This document shows, one piece after another, positions 23,462 through 24,000 of a stretch of DNA of 24,000 nucleotides; positions within the stretch are counted from its first letter, which is position 1; every line of letters starts with the position of its first letter. This stretch comes from Marilutibacter penaei. Its GTDB lineage: Bacteria; Pseudomonadota; Gammaproteobacteria; Xanthomonadales; Xanthomonadaceae. Where the stretch lies: assembly GCF_014145395.1 (NCBI RefSeq), contig NZ_JACHTE010000009.1:5075-29074 (forward strand), read 5' to 3'. A program made the translations under genes and the position numbers. The notes beneath the pieces were generated by a model. It saw only the letters and a list, made by a program, of their open reading frames with translations, searched no databases and was not told where the DNA came from.

Positions 23462-24000
23462 TCAGTCGAAGCGACGCTCCCGCAGCCACTTCGTCGCGAT
23501 CCACTTCTCGCCCTCGACCACCGGCGCGCCGCCATGCAGGGTCTGGGTCATCGGGTGCGGCCGGTCGTAGCTGAAGAAGACCGCGTTTCCCTTCACCGCG
23601 GCGGCCTCGAAACCCACTTCGGGAAACACCGTCGCGCCGCCACTCGCGGGCGTGTTGAGGTACATCACGAGCGACGCCACCCGCTGCCCCCCGCGCTCGA
23701 GCAACCTGGCGAGGCCCGGGTAGCTCGGGTCGAAGTAGTCGTGGTGCGGTTTGTACTCCGCCCCATGGCCGTAGCGCAGGATCTGGATGCCCTCGCCGTT
23801 CTCCACGGGCCACTCCACCAGCCGCGCGATGCGTGCCTCGATCCGCCGGCACAGTGCGTTCGCATCCCGCTCGAATCCCATGCCATGGCTGGTGCGCGCT
23901 TCGTGGACCACGTCGCCACCGGTCTCCAGGTCCACGGTTGCCGAACGCCCCAGCTTCGGTCGTGCAAGCTCGACGAGCGCGTCGCACTCCCCGTGCGACA
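23462..24000 (-). CDS. 2OG-Fe(II) oxygenase, prolyl 4-hydroxylase-like (C-terminal part; 5' end beyond window)
   Basis: HxD motif in YKPHHDYFD, distal His in TLHGGAPV, and KWIATKWLRE near the C-terminus. The frame stays open upstream of the listed GTG at 23935 (...SHGECDALVELARPKLGRSATVDLETGG...), so the gene continues past position 24000. Confidence 0.85.
   Translation of the reverse strand, partial: SHGECDALVELARPKLGRSATVDLETGGDVVHEARTSHGMGFERDANALCRRIEARIARLVEWPVENGEGIQILRYGHGAEYKPHHDYFDPSYPGLARLLERGGQRVASLVMYLNTPASGGATVFPEVGFEAAAVKGNAVFFSYDRPHPMTQTLHGGAPVVEGEKWIATKWLRERRFD

Overview
This is a very GC-rich chromosomal segment; third codon positions in real genes are almost all G/C. Gene content and order look like a Xanthomonadales/Lysobacterales-type gammaproteobacterium, but that taxonomic guess is low confidence. 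Most of the window is conserved housekeeping core. On the minus strand: ispH (partial), lspA, ileS, ribF and murJ, then obg, rpmA and rplU. rpsT lies on the plus strand, divergent from murJ. Next come a secreted S8 serine protease and an OmpA-like lipoprotein. A co-directional string follows: uvrA, a hotdog thioesterase, a DUF4139 lipoprotein and an enoyl-CoA isomerase-like gene. After that come a minus-strand operon (DUF1289, CoA pyrophosphatase, rhodanese), an FKBP/Mip-like gene, a plus-strand string (crotonase, small Cys-rich ORF, nth), and a partial prolyl-4-hydroxylase-type oxygenase. I found no rRNA, tRNA, CRISPR array, transposase, integrase or recognisable defence or toxin-antitoxin module. 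The many long antisense ORFs in the track are GC-driven artefacts. The best leads for novelty are modest. (1) A histone-H1-like xPRK basic tract straddles the uvrA/thioesterase junction. (2) An uncharacterised DUF4139 lipoprotein is translationally coupled to an enoyl-CoA isomerase-like enzyme. (3) A tightly overlapped DUF1289-NudL-rhodanese operon. (4) A six-cysteine small ORF is coupled on both sides between a crotonase and endonuclease III. (5) An FKBP domain lacks key active-site residues. (6) A roughly 550-bp spacer upstream of the protease has no explanation. All functional interpretations come from motif recognition by eye, without database searches.
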